Shown here piece by piece: positions 8,818 to 18,554 of a DNA stretch of 32,000 nt (within the stretch, counting starts at the first letter, position 1; each line of letters opens with the position of its first letter). Source of the DNA: Wolbachia endosymbiont strain TRS of Brugia malayi (GTDB lineage Bacteria; Pseudomonadota; Alphaproteobacteria; Rickettsiales; Anaplasmataceae). The notes beneath the pieces are model-generated. The model was not told the origin of the DNA and made no database searches. It was given only the letters and a program-made list of their open reading frames with translations. Made by a program: the position numbers and the translations under genes. The stretch covers positions 960,001 to 992,000 of the forward strand of contig NC_006833.1 in assembly GCF_000008385.1 (NCBI RefSeq). Direction: 5' to 3'.

Positions 8818-10095
8818 ATGCATAAAATATTAGTAAGGAGTAACTATAAACCCTTGGTTGGACAAATCAAGATTAATGGTTCGAAGAATGCTATTTTGCC
8901 AATAATGGCAGCTAGCCTCTTGAGTAGTTCTTCAGTAGTTCTACATAATGTACCTGATCTAATTGATGTGCACCTGATGTCTGAATTGCTTGAAGGTCTT
9001 GGAGCAAAAGTAAACTTTATGCACAACAAAGATCACAAAGCAAATCATACTTTGGAAACTGATTGCAGTAACATCAACAATTACGCGATACAGTATGAAA
9101 CTGCAAGCAAACTACGAGCTTCTTTTCTAATGTTGGGCCCAATGCTTAGTAGATTTGGCAAAGCGAGAACAGCTTTTCCTGGTGGATGCAATATCGGAAA
9201 GCGTCCCGTTGATATGCATATCAAAGCGTTAGAAGAAATGGGAGCTAAAATTGAAATTGATGGCTATAATATAATTGCAACAGTGAAAGGAAAGCTACAA
9301 GGAAGAAAAATCACACTTGAGAAAATAAGCGTCGGTGCAACAGAAAATATAATAATGGCAGCAACACTTGCAGAAGGAGTAACAACAATAAATAATGCTG
9401 CAACTGAGCCAGAAATTCTTGATTTAATAGAGTTTCTAAAGAAAATAGGTGCTGATATTAAAATCAATAATACGAAGGTTATAATAACAGGAGTTAAAAA
9501 ATTAAATGGGTGTATCCACAAAATAATATCAGATCGAATAGAAGCCGGTACGTATGCATTAGCTGCTATCATAACTAACGGTAAGCTGGTGTTGGAAGGA
9601 ATCAATCTATCTGACATCAGATGTATTGCAAATGAGTTGGAAGCTATAGGAGCTATGGTTGAACTGTACGACGGAAGCATTGTCATTTCCAGAAAAAATG
9701 GTTCTATTAAGTCTACTAATGTTGCAACAGATCCATACCCCAACTTCCCCAGTGATATGCAACCACAACTGATGTCCGCAATGTGCATCGCTGACGGGAT
9801 ATCAGTAATTGAAGAAAACATTTTTGAAAATAGGTTTTCACATGCAGATGAATTAAGAAAGTTAGGTGCTAATATTAGCATTAAGAAAAACAAAGCTGCT
9901 ATAAATGGAATAAAAAGCTTATCTGGAGCTAATCTATATGCTACTGACTTAAGATCAACTGCAGCTTTAGTGCTTGCTTCTTTAGTAGCCAGTGGAGAAA
10001 CCACAATAAATAACTCACATCATTTATGGAGAGGGTATGAAGCAATGCACGAAAAACTTAATTCATGCGGGGCCGATATCTCTATTTCACCTTGA
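8818..10095 (+). CDS. murA: UDP-N-acetylglucosamine 1-carboxyvinyltransferase
   Basis: 425 aa. INGSKNAILPIMAASLL at the N-terminus, an active-site loop FPGGCNIGKRPVDMH that retains Cys, and TDLRSTAALVLASLVASGET. Confidence 0.95.
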   Translation: MHKILVRSNYKPLVGQIKINGSKNAILPIMAASLLSSSSVVLHNVPDLIDVHLMSELLEGLGAKVNFMHNKDHKANHTLETDCSNINNYAIQYETASKLRASFLMLGPMLSRFGKARTAFPGGCNIGKRPVDMHIKALEEMGAKIEIDGYNIIATVKGKLQGRKITLEKISVGATENIIMAATLAEGVTTINNAATEPEILDLIEFLKKIGADIKINNTKVIITGVKKLNGCIHKIISDRIEAGTYALAAIITNGKLVLEGINLSDIRCIANELEAIGAMVELYDGSIVISRKNGSIKSTNVATDPYPNFPSDMQPQLMSAMCIADGISVIEENIFENRFSHADELRKLGANISIKKNKAAINGIKSLSGANLYATDLRSTAALVLASLVASGETTINNSHHLWRGYEAMHEKLNSCGADISISP

Positions 10096-10104
10096 GGACA
10101 TTTT

Positions 10105-10974
10105 ATGAATGAAGAACGTTATTCAACCAAGAGAATCACAGTAAAAGAGATAGATGAAATTCTATATGAGGAACACAGGGTACTAGATCATGGGTTTATT
10201 CGAGTAGTGGATTATATGGGCTCTGATAGCGCCATAGTACAAGCTGCTCGTGTTTCTTATGGCAAAGGAACAAAACAGATAAATCAAGACGAAGTACTTA
10301 TAAAGTATTTAATGAGATATCATCATACAACTCCATTTGAAATGTGTGAAATTAAGTTTCATGTGAAACTTCCAATTTTTATTGCAAGACAATGGATAAG
10401 GCATAGAACTGCAAACGTAAATGAATATTCTGCAAGGTATTCAATCCTTGATCATGAATTCTATATACCAGAACCAGAGCAAGTTGCAAAACAATCCGAT
10501 AATAATAAACAAGGTAGTGGTGAAGCTTTTGACTTGGATATCTCAAAGGAAATAATAGATTCTCTAATAAATGACTCTAATTTGGTGTATTCTCATTACA
10601 ACAAATTTATTGAACAAGGACTTACAAGAGAAATTGCCAGGACTAACTTAACACTTAATTATTACACGCAATTTTATTGGAAGGTAGATCTACATAACCT
10701 TCTTCATTTTTTAAAGCTTAGAGCTGATAAGCGTGCCCAACATGAAATTAGAGTCTATGCAGAAGTTATATTGGATATAGTAAAGAAGTGGGTACCACTA
10801 GTCCACAGCGCCTTTGTTGAATACTGTTTAGAATCAGCCTGCATTTCAAGAACTGGCCTTGGGATAATTCGCAAATTAATTAGAGGAGAAAATGTTACTA
10901 GAGAAGAAAGCAATATTGGTAAAAGAGAATGGGAAGAGCTGATGTTTATACTTGATAAACAACCTGAAAGATAA
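10105..10974 (+). CDS. thyX: FAD-dependent thymidylate synthase
   Basis: 289 aa with the ThyX signature [14 protein letters not shown] and a flanking HHTTPFEM block. It lies 9 nt after murA. Confidence 0.93.
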   Translation: MNEERYSTKRITVKEIDEILYEEHRVLDHGFIRVVDYMGSDSAIVQAARVSYGKGTKQINQDEVLIKYLMRYHHTTPFEMCEIKFHVKLPIFIARQWIRHRTANVNEYSARYSILDHEFYIPEPEQVAKQSDNNKQGSGEAFDLDISKEIIDSLINDSNLVYSHYNKFIEQGLTREIARTNLTLNYYTQFYWKVDLHNLLHFLKLRADKRAQHEIRVYAEVILDIVKKWVPLVHSAFVEYCLESACISRTGLGIIRKLIRGENVTREESNIGKREWEELMFILDKQPER

Positions 10975-11040
10975 AAGCATGTGCACTAATTTTTTCTGTT
11001 AGTTAATTTTCGTCCACCAGATCACATCTTACCCTTCACA

Positions 11041-13131
11041 TCACATTAACTCATCACTTTTGTAGAACATTTCATTGAAATCACTTATAGTTCCAAAATC
11101 CTGATCTTTGATAAACAGATGATTATTTGTAACATAAGCTTCAGAAAGAGTAATTGGCTTTCCATCAAGCTTAGAATCTTGTATATAAATTTTATTATAC
11201 AGAGCTATCATTTGATCATAATTGTATTTTCCAGTAGTATACTGACTACTTAAGTTTTGATAAAAATTATCTATATCTTGATCTTGAACCTGTAGCACCG
11301 CCTTATATTTACCAGTTTCAATAAATTCACCTGTCTTTATTTTCAAGGGGTGTTGTAGATAATCTACTTCATTATCCTCCATACTGTCTATAACGCTTGC
11401 TATGACGGCTTCTTCTTGTTTATTTTTATCATCTTCTTCTAGCGATCCTTTATCCCTATTTCTTTCCTCATTAGCAGGTTGTTCAGTCTGACTCTCTTGC
11501 ATATCTGATTCATTTTCATGCCTTAAATGCCCTTCGCCGTTTAACTGAATCTTGACCCAATCTTTAAACTCCTGATTATAGCCCTTCAGCTTAGTTAGAA
11601 AATCCTCAAATAATTTATTATCTTGAGGTCTATTTGTACTGTGCATAGAAAGGCTTTTCAAAAAACTATCAAGGAGATCTGGATGTTTATGCTCAAGAAA
11701 TTTTATTACCTGCTCTGCTTTTGAATAGTAATAATCTCCTTGGTTATTATTACGTAATATCTCGTCAGGTTTTAGAAACTTGCGTTGTATCGTAGAAAGA
11801 GCTTCAATATCCTCACGATCATTGACGTGCTTACCGTTTTCCACGCTTGCCATATAGTTAGCAACTCCTTCATGCATAGCTTTAGACAAAACATCGCCCG
11901 TACCATAATAAGAATTAATAATAGTCAAAGCGTGCCCCAACTCGTGCTTTAAAGTTTTACATGAGTAATCAAATTGATCCTGTAAGTAAAAATAAACATG
12001 AATTTCCGAACCGCGACCTTGGAGTGTTAAACCAGAGTGATCTTTAGCATCAATGTTCAACTCCTTAAGGTAATCTTCATAGTTGCTCCTTGTATTAAAT
12101 ACGAAAATGTTGACCTTACTTGGTATATTGTGCCAAGGCTGAGAATTATTAATGCCAAATGCTGAGTCAAAATCTCTTATGGCACCCTTGACAGTGTCTT
12201 TTATATTACTCAGCTTGTCCTGATTTAATTCTTTATTATCATACTTTATGTTTATTTGAAGCTTATGTTCGCTGAGGGTAATAACTTCACTGTCTGGTAC
12301 AAGATCTGCGGCAACTTTATTACCACCTCCTACATCCATCCACTCCTTAAATTCTCTCTCAATTCCTGAATTATTTAAAAGCTGCTTGAACCTCAACACT
12401 GCTTGTTCTTTACCAGAAGATATTTCAGTAAGCAGTTGTTTTATGAATTGAGGATGTTTTTCTTGCAAGAACGTTACTAAGCAATCTGCCATTCTATAAC
12501 CATTAGCCATATTAGCTATTTTATAAGGTGTGTTGTATCCCGATTCTTGCATCTCATCGTATGTCTCTTTTATATAGTGCATATCATGAGTACTCTTCTT
12601 CTTAGCTGCATCATAACTCCACATAAAAAGCTTCACACCAGTACGTAAGACTTCAGGTACTTCATTCAAATTGCCAGTAGCGTACTCAAGAAATGCATCA
12701 CTCATCTTTTCCATTAAAATTTTAGACTTCGCACAAAATAAACCATTTACATCTCCAATAATGAAAGTCTTTGCTATTGTACCGTCAGCTTCATGTGCCC
12801 TTACCGTTCCACCACCCCATAGTTCATTATGGTCTTTGCCACCTGAAAGCTCCTTTATGTAAGCTTTATAATCGTCATAACTTTTCAGCACATAAAGTTG
12901 CAATTTCACTGGGCCGCTATTATAGTTTTTCTGTGAATAGAAATTCTCAGACCAAGCCTCATAAGTATCTTTTACAATTTGCTTTATATAATCAGGCGTA
13001 TAGCTTATTAGTCCACCATATCTCACTTCTACTATAAGCTCATTGCTTATCACTACATCCTCTTTATTTGGAAACAGTTTTTCAATCAGCATTTGTGATT
13101 TATCATGCCCAAAATTTGTTTTGAATGCCAT
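11041..13131 (-). CDS. tandem collagenase-like (gluzincin HEXXH) protein, candidate secreted effector
   Basis: 696 aa with no N-terminal signal peptide. HELGH is encoded at 11932-11946, with a downstream MHEGVANYMA that could supply the third zinc-ligand Glu. The layout FVFNTRSNYEDYLKEL...HELGHAL...HEG resembles the M9 collagenase catalytic subdomain. The N-terminal half is a diverged copy lacking HEXXH. An acidic linker and a roughly 130-aa C-terminal domain of unknown type follow. Confidence 0.6.
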   Translation of the reverse strand: MAFKTNFGHDKSQMLIEKLFPNKEDVVISNELIVEVRYGGLISYTPDYIKQIVKDTYEAWSENFYSQKNYNSGPVKLQLYVLKSYDDYKAYIKELSGGKDHNELWGGGTVRAHEADGTIAKTFIIGDVNGLFCAKSKILMEKMSDAFLEYATGNLNEVPEVLRTGVKLFMWSYDAAKKKSTHDMHYIKETYDEMQESGYNTPYKIANMANGYRMADCLVTFLQEKHPQFIKQLLTEISSGKEQAVLRFKQLLNNSGIEREFKEWMDVGGGNKVAADLVPDSEVITLSEHKLQINIKYDNKELNQDKLSNIKDTVKGAIRDFDSAFGINNSQPWHNIPSKVNIFVFNTRSNYEDYLKELNIDAKDHSGLTLQGRGSEIHVYFYLQDQFDYSCKTLKHELGHALTIINSYYGTGDVLSKAMHEGVANYMASVENGKHVNDREDIEALSTIQRKFLKPDEILRNNNQGDYYYSKAEQVIKFLEHKHPDLLDSFLKSLSMHSTNRPQDNKLFEDFLTKLKGYNQEFKDWVKIQLNGEGHLRHENESDMQESQTEQPANEERNRDKGSLEEDDKNKQEEAVIASVIDSMEDNEVDYLQHPLKIKTGEFIETGKYKAVLQVQDQDIDNFYQNLSSQYTTGKYNYDQMIALYNKIYIQDSKLDGKPITLSEAYVTNNHLFIKDQDFGTISDFNEMFYKSDELM

Positions 13132-13214
13132 ATTTACCTCTTAAAAACTTTTACTATAAATAAGCTTTAAAAAAGATCTATTAATTATGGGTTCAATTCT
13201 TGATTGACTCACTT

Positions 13215-14193
13215 ATTACCATTTCCTTTTGCACAATTAGATAACTCTATAGACAATTGATCAACACTAAAAAGCTGATTCTTAGTGTTAAAATATTTAG
13301 CATAACTGTCAGAATTAAATTCAGATATTGGTAGAAACCAATTTTAAGTTCAGGGTAAGAACTCTTGTTAAGCACAAAAAACAAGTTTTCAAATCAACCA
13401 GCATATTACTACCAGGACTAACGAAATTAAAATATTTATCGCCTTCCAATCCTTCATGTGTCGATATTCCACTATATAGTATTTACTCGAATCAAGAATG
13501 ACTTCCCTCCGCCACGTTGTAAAATTACTGCTGAACGTCCATCAACTATATCATAACCTTTTACCACTTTAAATAAGGTAATATACCTCTTTCTATAAAC
13601 CCTTTTACTTCCTCATTCTTTCAATCTAACTCTTTTTCCGCTTGTTTTTCTCTCTTACCAAATTCACCTTCTTTCTTAGCATTTTCATTTTGTATCTGCA
13701 AAAATATATCTCTTGTATGGTTAAGCCATTTGCATTGCTTAGAAAGTTATCTAGCACATTTGATGCAATGGGTGACAATTCGCCCTGATCATTACATGCT
13801 TTTTCCTTTGTCTTATATTGATGATTGGGATTGTAGATTACAGCCAGAGGGTAAAATCCATAATCTACAATTGGCGTTCCATCAGATGATAGTTCTATTG
13901 AAAATCCGTTATGATCGAGTGGAAGATTGGAAACTAAATATCTATCATATCACCTCTGATGCATAGCTCACTTCCACCACTGTGTCCGCTATATCTACTA
14001 TAGTAGATATAAAAATTTTCATAATTAAAATCTAAGTAGTCATTTAGATTATCAAATTGAACTGTATTGCCAAGCTTTTCACGTAAAAGATTTTTGTTCT
14101 CATTTGTAAGCTTTACACGCACAGAAAAATAATACCGGTCTTAAGTTCGCCTTTTTCTACTTGAAAGTTCAAAGTAATTGTACCGTTAATCAT
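13215..14193 (-). pseudogene. frameshifted remnant of an unknown ~330-codon gene
   Basis: ATG at 14193 gives MINGTITLNFQVEKGELKTGIIF. Continuing requires at least 6 frame changes or stops: VKLTNENKNLLREKLGNTVQFDNLNDYLDFNYENFYIYYSRYSGHSGGSELCIRGD / YDRYLVSNLPLDHNGFSIELSSDGTPIVDYGFYPLAVIYNPNHQYKTKEKACNDQGELSPIASNVLDNFLSNANGLTIQEIYF / GYDIVDGRSAVILQRGGGKSFLIRV / THEGLEGDKYFNFVSPGSNMLVDLK / FNSDSYAKYFNTKNQLFSVDQLSIELSNCAKGNGNK-stop. GHSGG resembles a GxSxG nucleophile elbow, but no family was assigned. Confidence 0.5.
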
Positions 14194-14415
14194 CAGTAAT
14201 CCCCACAAATCGTATAAATTTATCAACTACCTTATTTATCAATTATAAGGTGTGTACTACAAAAAATATGTTAAACATTAAGATTTTTTCTATATCCAGA
14301 CAAGGCAACTACAATTTGTGATTTCAGCGCATAACACTAAAATCCAGAAAAAACATGTTTAGGTTGCTATGTGAACGATATTAACGGTCGTTATACAACT
14401 TGTACAGCAGCTCCA

Positions 14416-14835
14416 CTACAATATTTGTTTACTGCTTGTCTGTAGGTATCCTACACACCACCTAATGTTACCTGCAACTCCTGACAACAGCACAGCAGTC
14501 GCAATCATTCCGATAGCGGCAATTTTAGGCATAATCCCTATTGCAACTAGCGTAGCTCCTATAGCACCAAACAATAATGCTAAGCCTATTGTCCATCCCC
14601 CCGAAAAAGTTCTAGAAGGTTGTTGTTTTTGTGAAGAAATTATGCTTGTGTACTATAAGACAGTTGCTAGGTGCTTTGTTTTCTGTGCAAATTATTATTA
14701 CTTTCATCACTTGCAGACGTTTTTTGAAATGGAGTTGTACTACCTGTGAACATTTGTGAATCACTATCTATTGATTATTCCTGTTATATAATAGTCTTAC
14801 TTGTAATCGATTGTTCCAAAATTTGTTCATCATTA
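14416..14835 (-). pseudogene. remnant of small S/T/Q-rich protein with C-terminal two-helix hydrophobic hairpin
   Basis: Minus-strand pieces lie in different frames: NDEQILEQSITSKTII / IDSDSQMFTGSTTPFQKTSASDESNNNLHRKQST-stop-QLSYSTQA / ISSQKQQPSRTFSGGWTIGLALLFGAIGATLVAIGIMPKIAAIGMIATAVLLSGVAGNIRWCVGYLQTSSKQIL-stop (stop at 14416-14418). The 94-aa plus-strand ORF at 14465-14749 is its antisense shadow. Confidence 0.45.
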
Positions 14836-14848
14836 TTTACATTTTTAT

Positions 14849-15918
14849 CTATTTTTGATTGAAATGACTCTTAAGCACTACACTATAACCTACATTATCA
14901 ATTGTTGTTTCCAAAGTTGGATCTGGATCTTGATAGTAAGTTATAGTAGCAGTAGATACTTCAGGTTTACCTTTTATCGTTCTTTTTACCAGCTTTTTCT
15001 TTTCTATTTTATAAATATTAAACTGATCAGAAAAACTGAAGGCTAATCTATCTTTAAATACCTACTCAAAATCGTTCACAAAGCTGTTTTTATACATACA
15101 ATGTGCTGTTCTACTACCTGGACTGTACATATCCACAATTCTTATTGTAGTTTTTTGTTTTCTCGAAACTATTAACCTTTTCGTTAGTGAGATACATTAT
15201 ACTTTTAGCTATCGCGGGATCGGTACTGCTAACTAAACTTCTAATATACTCTTTCATCTACTACTATGACTCTAATATAAAATCTCTCACGTCCGTATTC
15301 ATTATCTATAACAGAACCTATTGTTGTTCTTCCAATTCTATTGTCTAATAACTATGGAACAGTAGATAACCTTTATATGCTTCTCGCACATCCTTATCAT
15401 TTAAAAGTACTGTTGCCCTTTCTACATGTTATCTAAGCTTCTTTTCTGATACTTATTGAGATACCTTTTACTAAAGTTACCGTGATCACAATTATAACAT
15501 TTTATCACCATTTCCACATATCGAGATGCATCAAGCAAATATGAACTCCTACTATGCAGTTCAACAGTCGATACTGCATTTTGACTTACTGTATTTGGGC
15601 AAAAGGCATGTTCATAAGCTTTGTTTCTAGCTTTCTCAAATGTTAACCACCTTCAACAACAGGTATTCCCCTTATTTTCATTTCATTTTTCGGTAACAAT
15701 TGGTCATTTGTAAAAGCAAGTGCTGAAAAAAGCGTCCAAGCATTGGTACCATGAGCAGCAAAAGTTCTCTTATCAATAAGGTATTTTCTTTTAAAATTCT
15801 CATTCATTTTAAACAACTGCTTTTCCAATTAGATTGGTCTTCTGTTCTTCATAAAGTTCTTATGAAGTTCAGAAAATCCTATTAGTTTCTGTACATGAGA
15901 CCCTTGCATATTTACCAT
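14849..15918 (-). pseudogene. frameshifted/nonsense-disrupted remnant of an unknown ~350-codon gene
   Basis: ATG at 15918 gives MVNMQGSHVQKLIGFSELHKNFMKNRRPI, then an in-frame TAA, then LEKQLFKMNENFKRKYLIDKRTFAAHGTNAWTLFSALAFTNDQLLPKNEMKIRGIPVVEGG-stop. Later segments lie in other frames: LLDNRIGRTTIGSVIDNEYGRERFYIRVIVVDERVY and IRIVDMYSPGSRTAHCMYKNSFVNDFE-stop-VFKDRLAFSFSDQFNIYKIEKKKLVKRTIKGKPEVSTATITYYQDPDPTLETTIDNVGYSVVLKSHFNQK-stop (14849-14851). Confidence 0.5.
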
Positions 15919-15991
15919 CTTAGCTAAATAAATTTATATATACTAGTTTAACAAACCAATCCACAAAAATCAACTCAAAACTCTTAAAACA

Positions 15992-18370
15992 ATGCTAAAC
16001 TCAATTGCTATGGCAAGAACAGTTAATGTACTACTACCACTCCCAATTGACCAATTGTTTTCATATGCAGTTAAGGAAAATACTGACGTTTCAGTTGGAG
16101 ATTATGTGGTGGTGCCATTTGGCAAAAAACGCTTGATCGGAATAGTTTGGAAGTATAGTAACAAGAACGATCAAGAATTAAAATTCATTGAGCAAAAGAT
16201 CAATCTACCAAATATTAGACTAAAATTAATTGCATTTGCAGAGTGGGTTGCACAGTACAATGTAATATCTATTGGTATGCTTGCAAAAGTAATAATGGGA
16301 GGAGTGTTAAAAGTAAATCACCTAGATAAGCTAGTTCATGTTGAACAAGAGCAGGAAGTAAGTGAGATAAATTACCAACTAAACCCCGAACAGCAGATAG
16401 CCAGCAATAAAATAATAAGCAATTTGAATGAGTATTCAGTGACTTTGCTTGACGGTGAGACAGGATCTGGAAAAACGGAAGTTTATCTCTCTGTAATTGC
16501 ACAATTGATTAAGAACTATAGCAGTACACCTGCCACTCCAAATGCTGCTCGGACTTTATCATTTCAGTGCCCAGATACACAACTGTACAAACATTGCAAT
16601 TTGGGTCCACCAGTAGGGTATCATCCCAGTACTCTAATATTGGGATCCAGCTTTCCACGCAATCTCATCAAAAACGTTCATTTTAACGTAAGAGCAGCCA
16701 CTCCCATACCTAGTTTACAAACAAAATTTCTGGATTCCAGTGTTAGCTACTTACATGACATCTTTATGTTTAAGGCAAAACCCACTATAATATTCAACAC
16801 ATTGTCTTCGCCAAGTGCTGGAATGACACCAAAATATGTCGAAACGGCATCAAACAAAGGTAGTATACAAGTTTTAATCCTCCTACCTGAAATTGTTTTA
16901 ACTTCACAATTGGTAAATCGTATTCGTAGTCAAACATCAAGAAACTTAGCTGAATGGCACTCAGGACTCACTCTAAAAACTCGCAGAAACAATTGGCTCA
17001 ATACAGCAAATGGAAATGCGCAGATAATTATTGGTGCACGATCAGCACTTTTTTTGCCCTATAAAAACCTAAAATTGATCATCGTTGATGAAGAGCACGA
17101 TTCATCTTTCAAACAAGAGCAGGGAACTATATATAATGCCCGGGATATGGCAATAATCTTGGCCAAAATCGAAAACATTCCAATAATTTTATCTTCAGCA
17201 ACTCCATTACTTGAAACTATTTATCATGTTAAAAATGGAAATTACAACTATGTAAAGCTAGCTAAGCGATTCGGTGGCGCAGAATTGCCACTCATTAAAG
17301 TAGTGGATACAAGAAACAATAAGCAATGGATTTCCAATGAGCTTTTTGAAGGAATAAAACAGACCATAGAGAAAAAACAGCAGGTTATGCTTTTTTTAAA
17401 CCGCAGAGGGTATGCACAACTTGCAGTTTGTAAAAAGTGTGGATATAAAATTCCCTGCTCGAACTGCGCTGTTTGGCTCGTATACCACAAGAAAAAAAAT
17501 GCTCTTTTGTGTCATCATTGTTCTTACCAATTAAAACTTCCAGAGAAATGTTCTAATTGCCAAAGTAAACAGTCATTGTTTCTTTATGGCATAGGAATTG
17601 AAAGGTTACTTGAAGAAACAGTCAAGTTAATACCAAACGCAAAAACTGCGATTATAAGTAGCGATCAGAAGTCGGTTAGTAACGTTATTGACTTAGTGTT
17701 GAAGGAAGAGTTAAACATTATAATTGGCACGCAGATAATTGCTAAAGGGCACAACTTCCCTAAATTAACTTTGGTTGGTGTGATAAATGCAGATTTGAGT
17801 CTTGAAAATGCTGATCTAAGAGCAGCAGAAAAGACGTATCAGTTATTACATCAAGTTGCAGGAAGGTCTGGAAGGTTTAATGAAAAAGGAATGGTAATAG
17901 TGCAAACCAATCATCCTGAAAGTTCAGTAATAAAAGCATTGCAGCATCAAAAAAGGGACTCATTTTATGAAATCGAACTTGAGTCAAGGTACAAAGCTAA
18001 AATGCCTCCATTTAGTAGACTAATCGCACTTATAATTTGCGGTAAGAATCAGATTGCAACACAAAAAGCAGCAAATGAGATAGCGAGCTTCTTGCATAAT
18101 CAATGTTTAAGCAAAAAGCTCCCGTCCTCTTCTTCTTTGTCATTCCAGTGCTTGACCCTAAAATCTAGAAAAAAAGAATTTGAAATTCTTGGTCCATCAC
18201 CGGCAGCAATAAGTTTCTTAAATAATAAGTACCGGTATAGGGTATTGCTAAAAATATATAATAAACATAGTCTATCCGTACAAAAAAAGCTGAAATATTG
18301 GATTAAAAATTGTAACTTAAGTCCGAATATTATAGTAACAATAGATGTTGATCCTATAAGTTTTTTTTAA
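15992..18370 (+). CDS. priA: primosomal replication protein N' (PriA helicase) carrying in-frame repeat insertions
   Basis: 792 aa. N-terminal VNVLLPLPIDQLFSY, Walker A GETGSGKTEVY, DEEH box (IIVDEEHDSSFK), Cys-rich zinc region (CKKCGYKIPCSNCAVWLVYHKKKNALLCHHCSY...CSNC) and QVAGRSGR. The start could also be the ATG at 16010. The ORF stays intact despite a 113-codon insertion after Walker A. Confidence 0.9.
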   Translation: MLNSIAMARTVNVLLPLPIDQLFSYAVKENTDVSVGDYVVVPFGKKRLIGIVWKYSNKNDQELKFIEQKINLPNIRLKLIAFAEWVAQYNVISIGMLAKVIMGGVLKVNHLDKLVHVEQEQEVSEINYQLNPEQQIASNKIISNLNEYSVTLLDGETGSGKTEVYLSVIAQLIKNYSSTPATPNAARTLSFQCPDTQLYKHCNLGPPVGYHPSTLILGSSFPRNLIKNVHFNVRAATPIPSLQTKFLDSSVSYLHDIFMFKAKPTIIFNTLSSPSAGMTPKYVETASNKGSIQVLILLPEIVLTSQLVNRIRSQTSRNLAEWHSGLTLKTRRNNWLNTANGNAQIIIGARSALFLPYKNLKLIIVDEEHDSSFKQEQGTIYNARDMAIILAKIENIPIILSSATPLLETIYHVKNGNYNYVKLAKRFGGAELPLIKVVDTRNNKQWISNELFEGIKQTIEKKQQVMLFLNRRGYAQLAVCKKCGYKIPCSNCAVWLVYHKKKNALLCHHCSYQLKLPEKCSNCQSKQSLFLYGIGIERLLEETVKLIPNAKTAIISSDQKSVSNVIDLVLKEELNIIIGTQIIAKGHNFPKLTLVGVINADLSLENADLRAAEKTYQLLHQVAGRSGRFNEKGMVIVQTNHPESSVIKALQHQKRDSFYEIELESRYKAKMPPFSRLIALIICGKNQIATQKAANEIASFLHNQCLSKKLPSSSSLSFQCLTLKSRKKEFEILGPSPAAISFLNNKYRYRVLLKIYNKHSLSVQKKLKYWIKNCNLSPNIIVTIDVDPISFF
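16517..16855. repeat. about 339-nt palindromic element inserted in frame in priA
   Basis: It lies between ...SVIAQLIKN and KGSIQVLILLPEIVLTSQ, which are contiguous in E. coli PriA ([25 protein letters not shown], from memory). It is GC-richer than its flanks. It contains TTATCATTTCAGTGCCCAG at the left and CCAAGTGCTGGAATGACACC at the right (imperfect terminal inverted repeats). Internally it carries ATCCCAGTACTCTAATATTGGGATCCAG and CTGGATTCCAGTG. Confidence 0.7.
18115..18175. repeat. second in-frame repeat fragment near priA 3' end
   Basis: Core GTCATTCCAGTGCTTGACCC at 18139-18158 encodes SLSFQCLTL, just upstream of the conserved ILGPSPAAI block. Confidence 0.5.
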
Positions 18371-18554
18371 TGATCACTTAAAACTAGATTACCTATAGCT
18401 AACCCAAGCAAGGTCTTCCTACATCATACTGCGGTTCATTCACGGTATTGTAAGTTAAAAGACTGAACAGCATCTCGGCCGCTAATGTGTAGCAGAACGG
18501 TGGTTGTCAGTAAACACTTCAGTTACAAATATTAAGAAATTTACCAAAAGGCAA

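Noticed and set aside
9264-10004. 246-aa minus-strand ORF inside murA. Similar cases are 7820-8254 in fabF, 2048-2389 in plsC, 7142-7438 opposite acpP, 31450-31926 opposite the NMO gene, 29824-30171 opposite the 411-aa gene, and 24184-26130 and 28114-28332 opposite the T4SS-module genes.
   Set aside because: These are antisense shadows of confidently identified genes. Their translations are low-complexity, hydrophobic or Ser-rich strings with no motifs, and long antisense ORFs are expected in AT-rich coding DNA.
13934-14122. SGHSGGSE in the pseudogene as a trypsin-like GDSGG catalytic serine.
   Set aside because: The motif lies about 70 residues from the N-terminus, which is inconsistent with the chymotrypsin fold, where Ser is near the C-terminus. 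At most it is a GxSxG hydrolase elbow, and the gene is broken anyway.
16517-16855. The priA insertion as an intein or self-splicing intron.
   Set aside because: At 113 aa it is too small for an intein. It lacks the N-terminal Cys/Ser and the C-terminal His-Asn plus Cys/Ser/Thr junctions, and it has no group I or II intron hallmarks. Terminal and internal palindromes shared with other sites fit a short repeat element instead.
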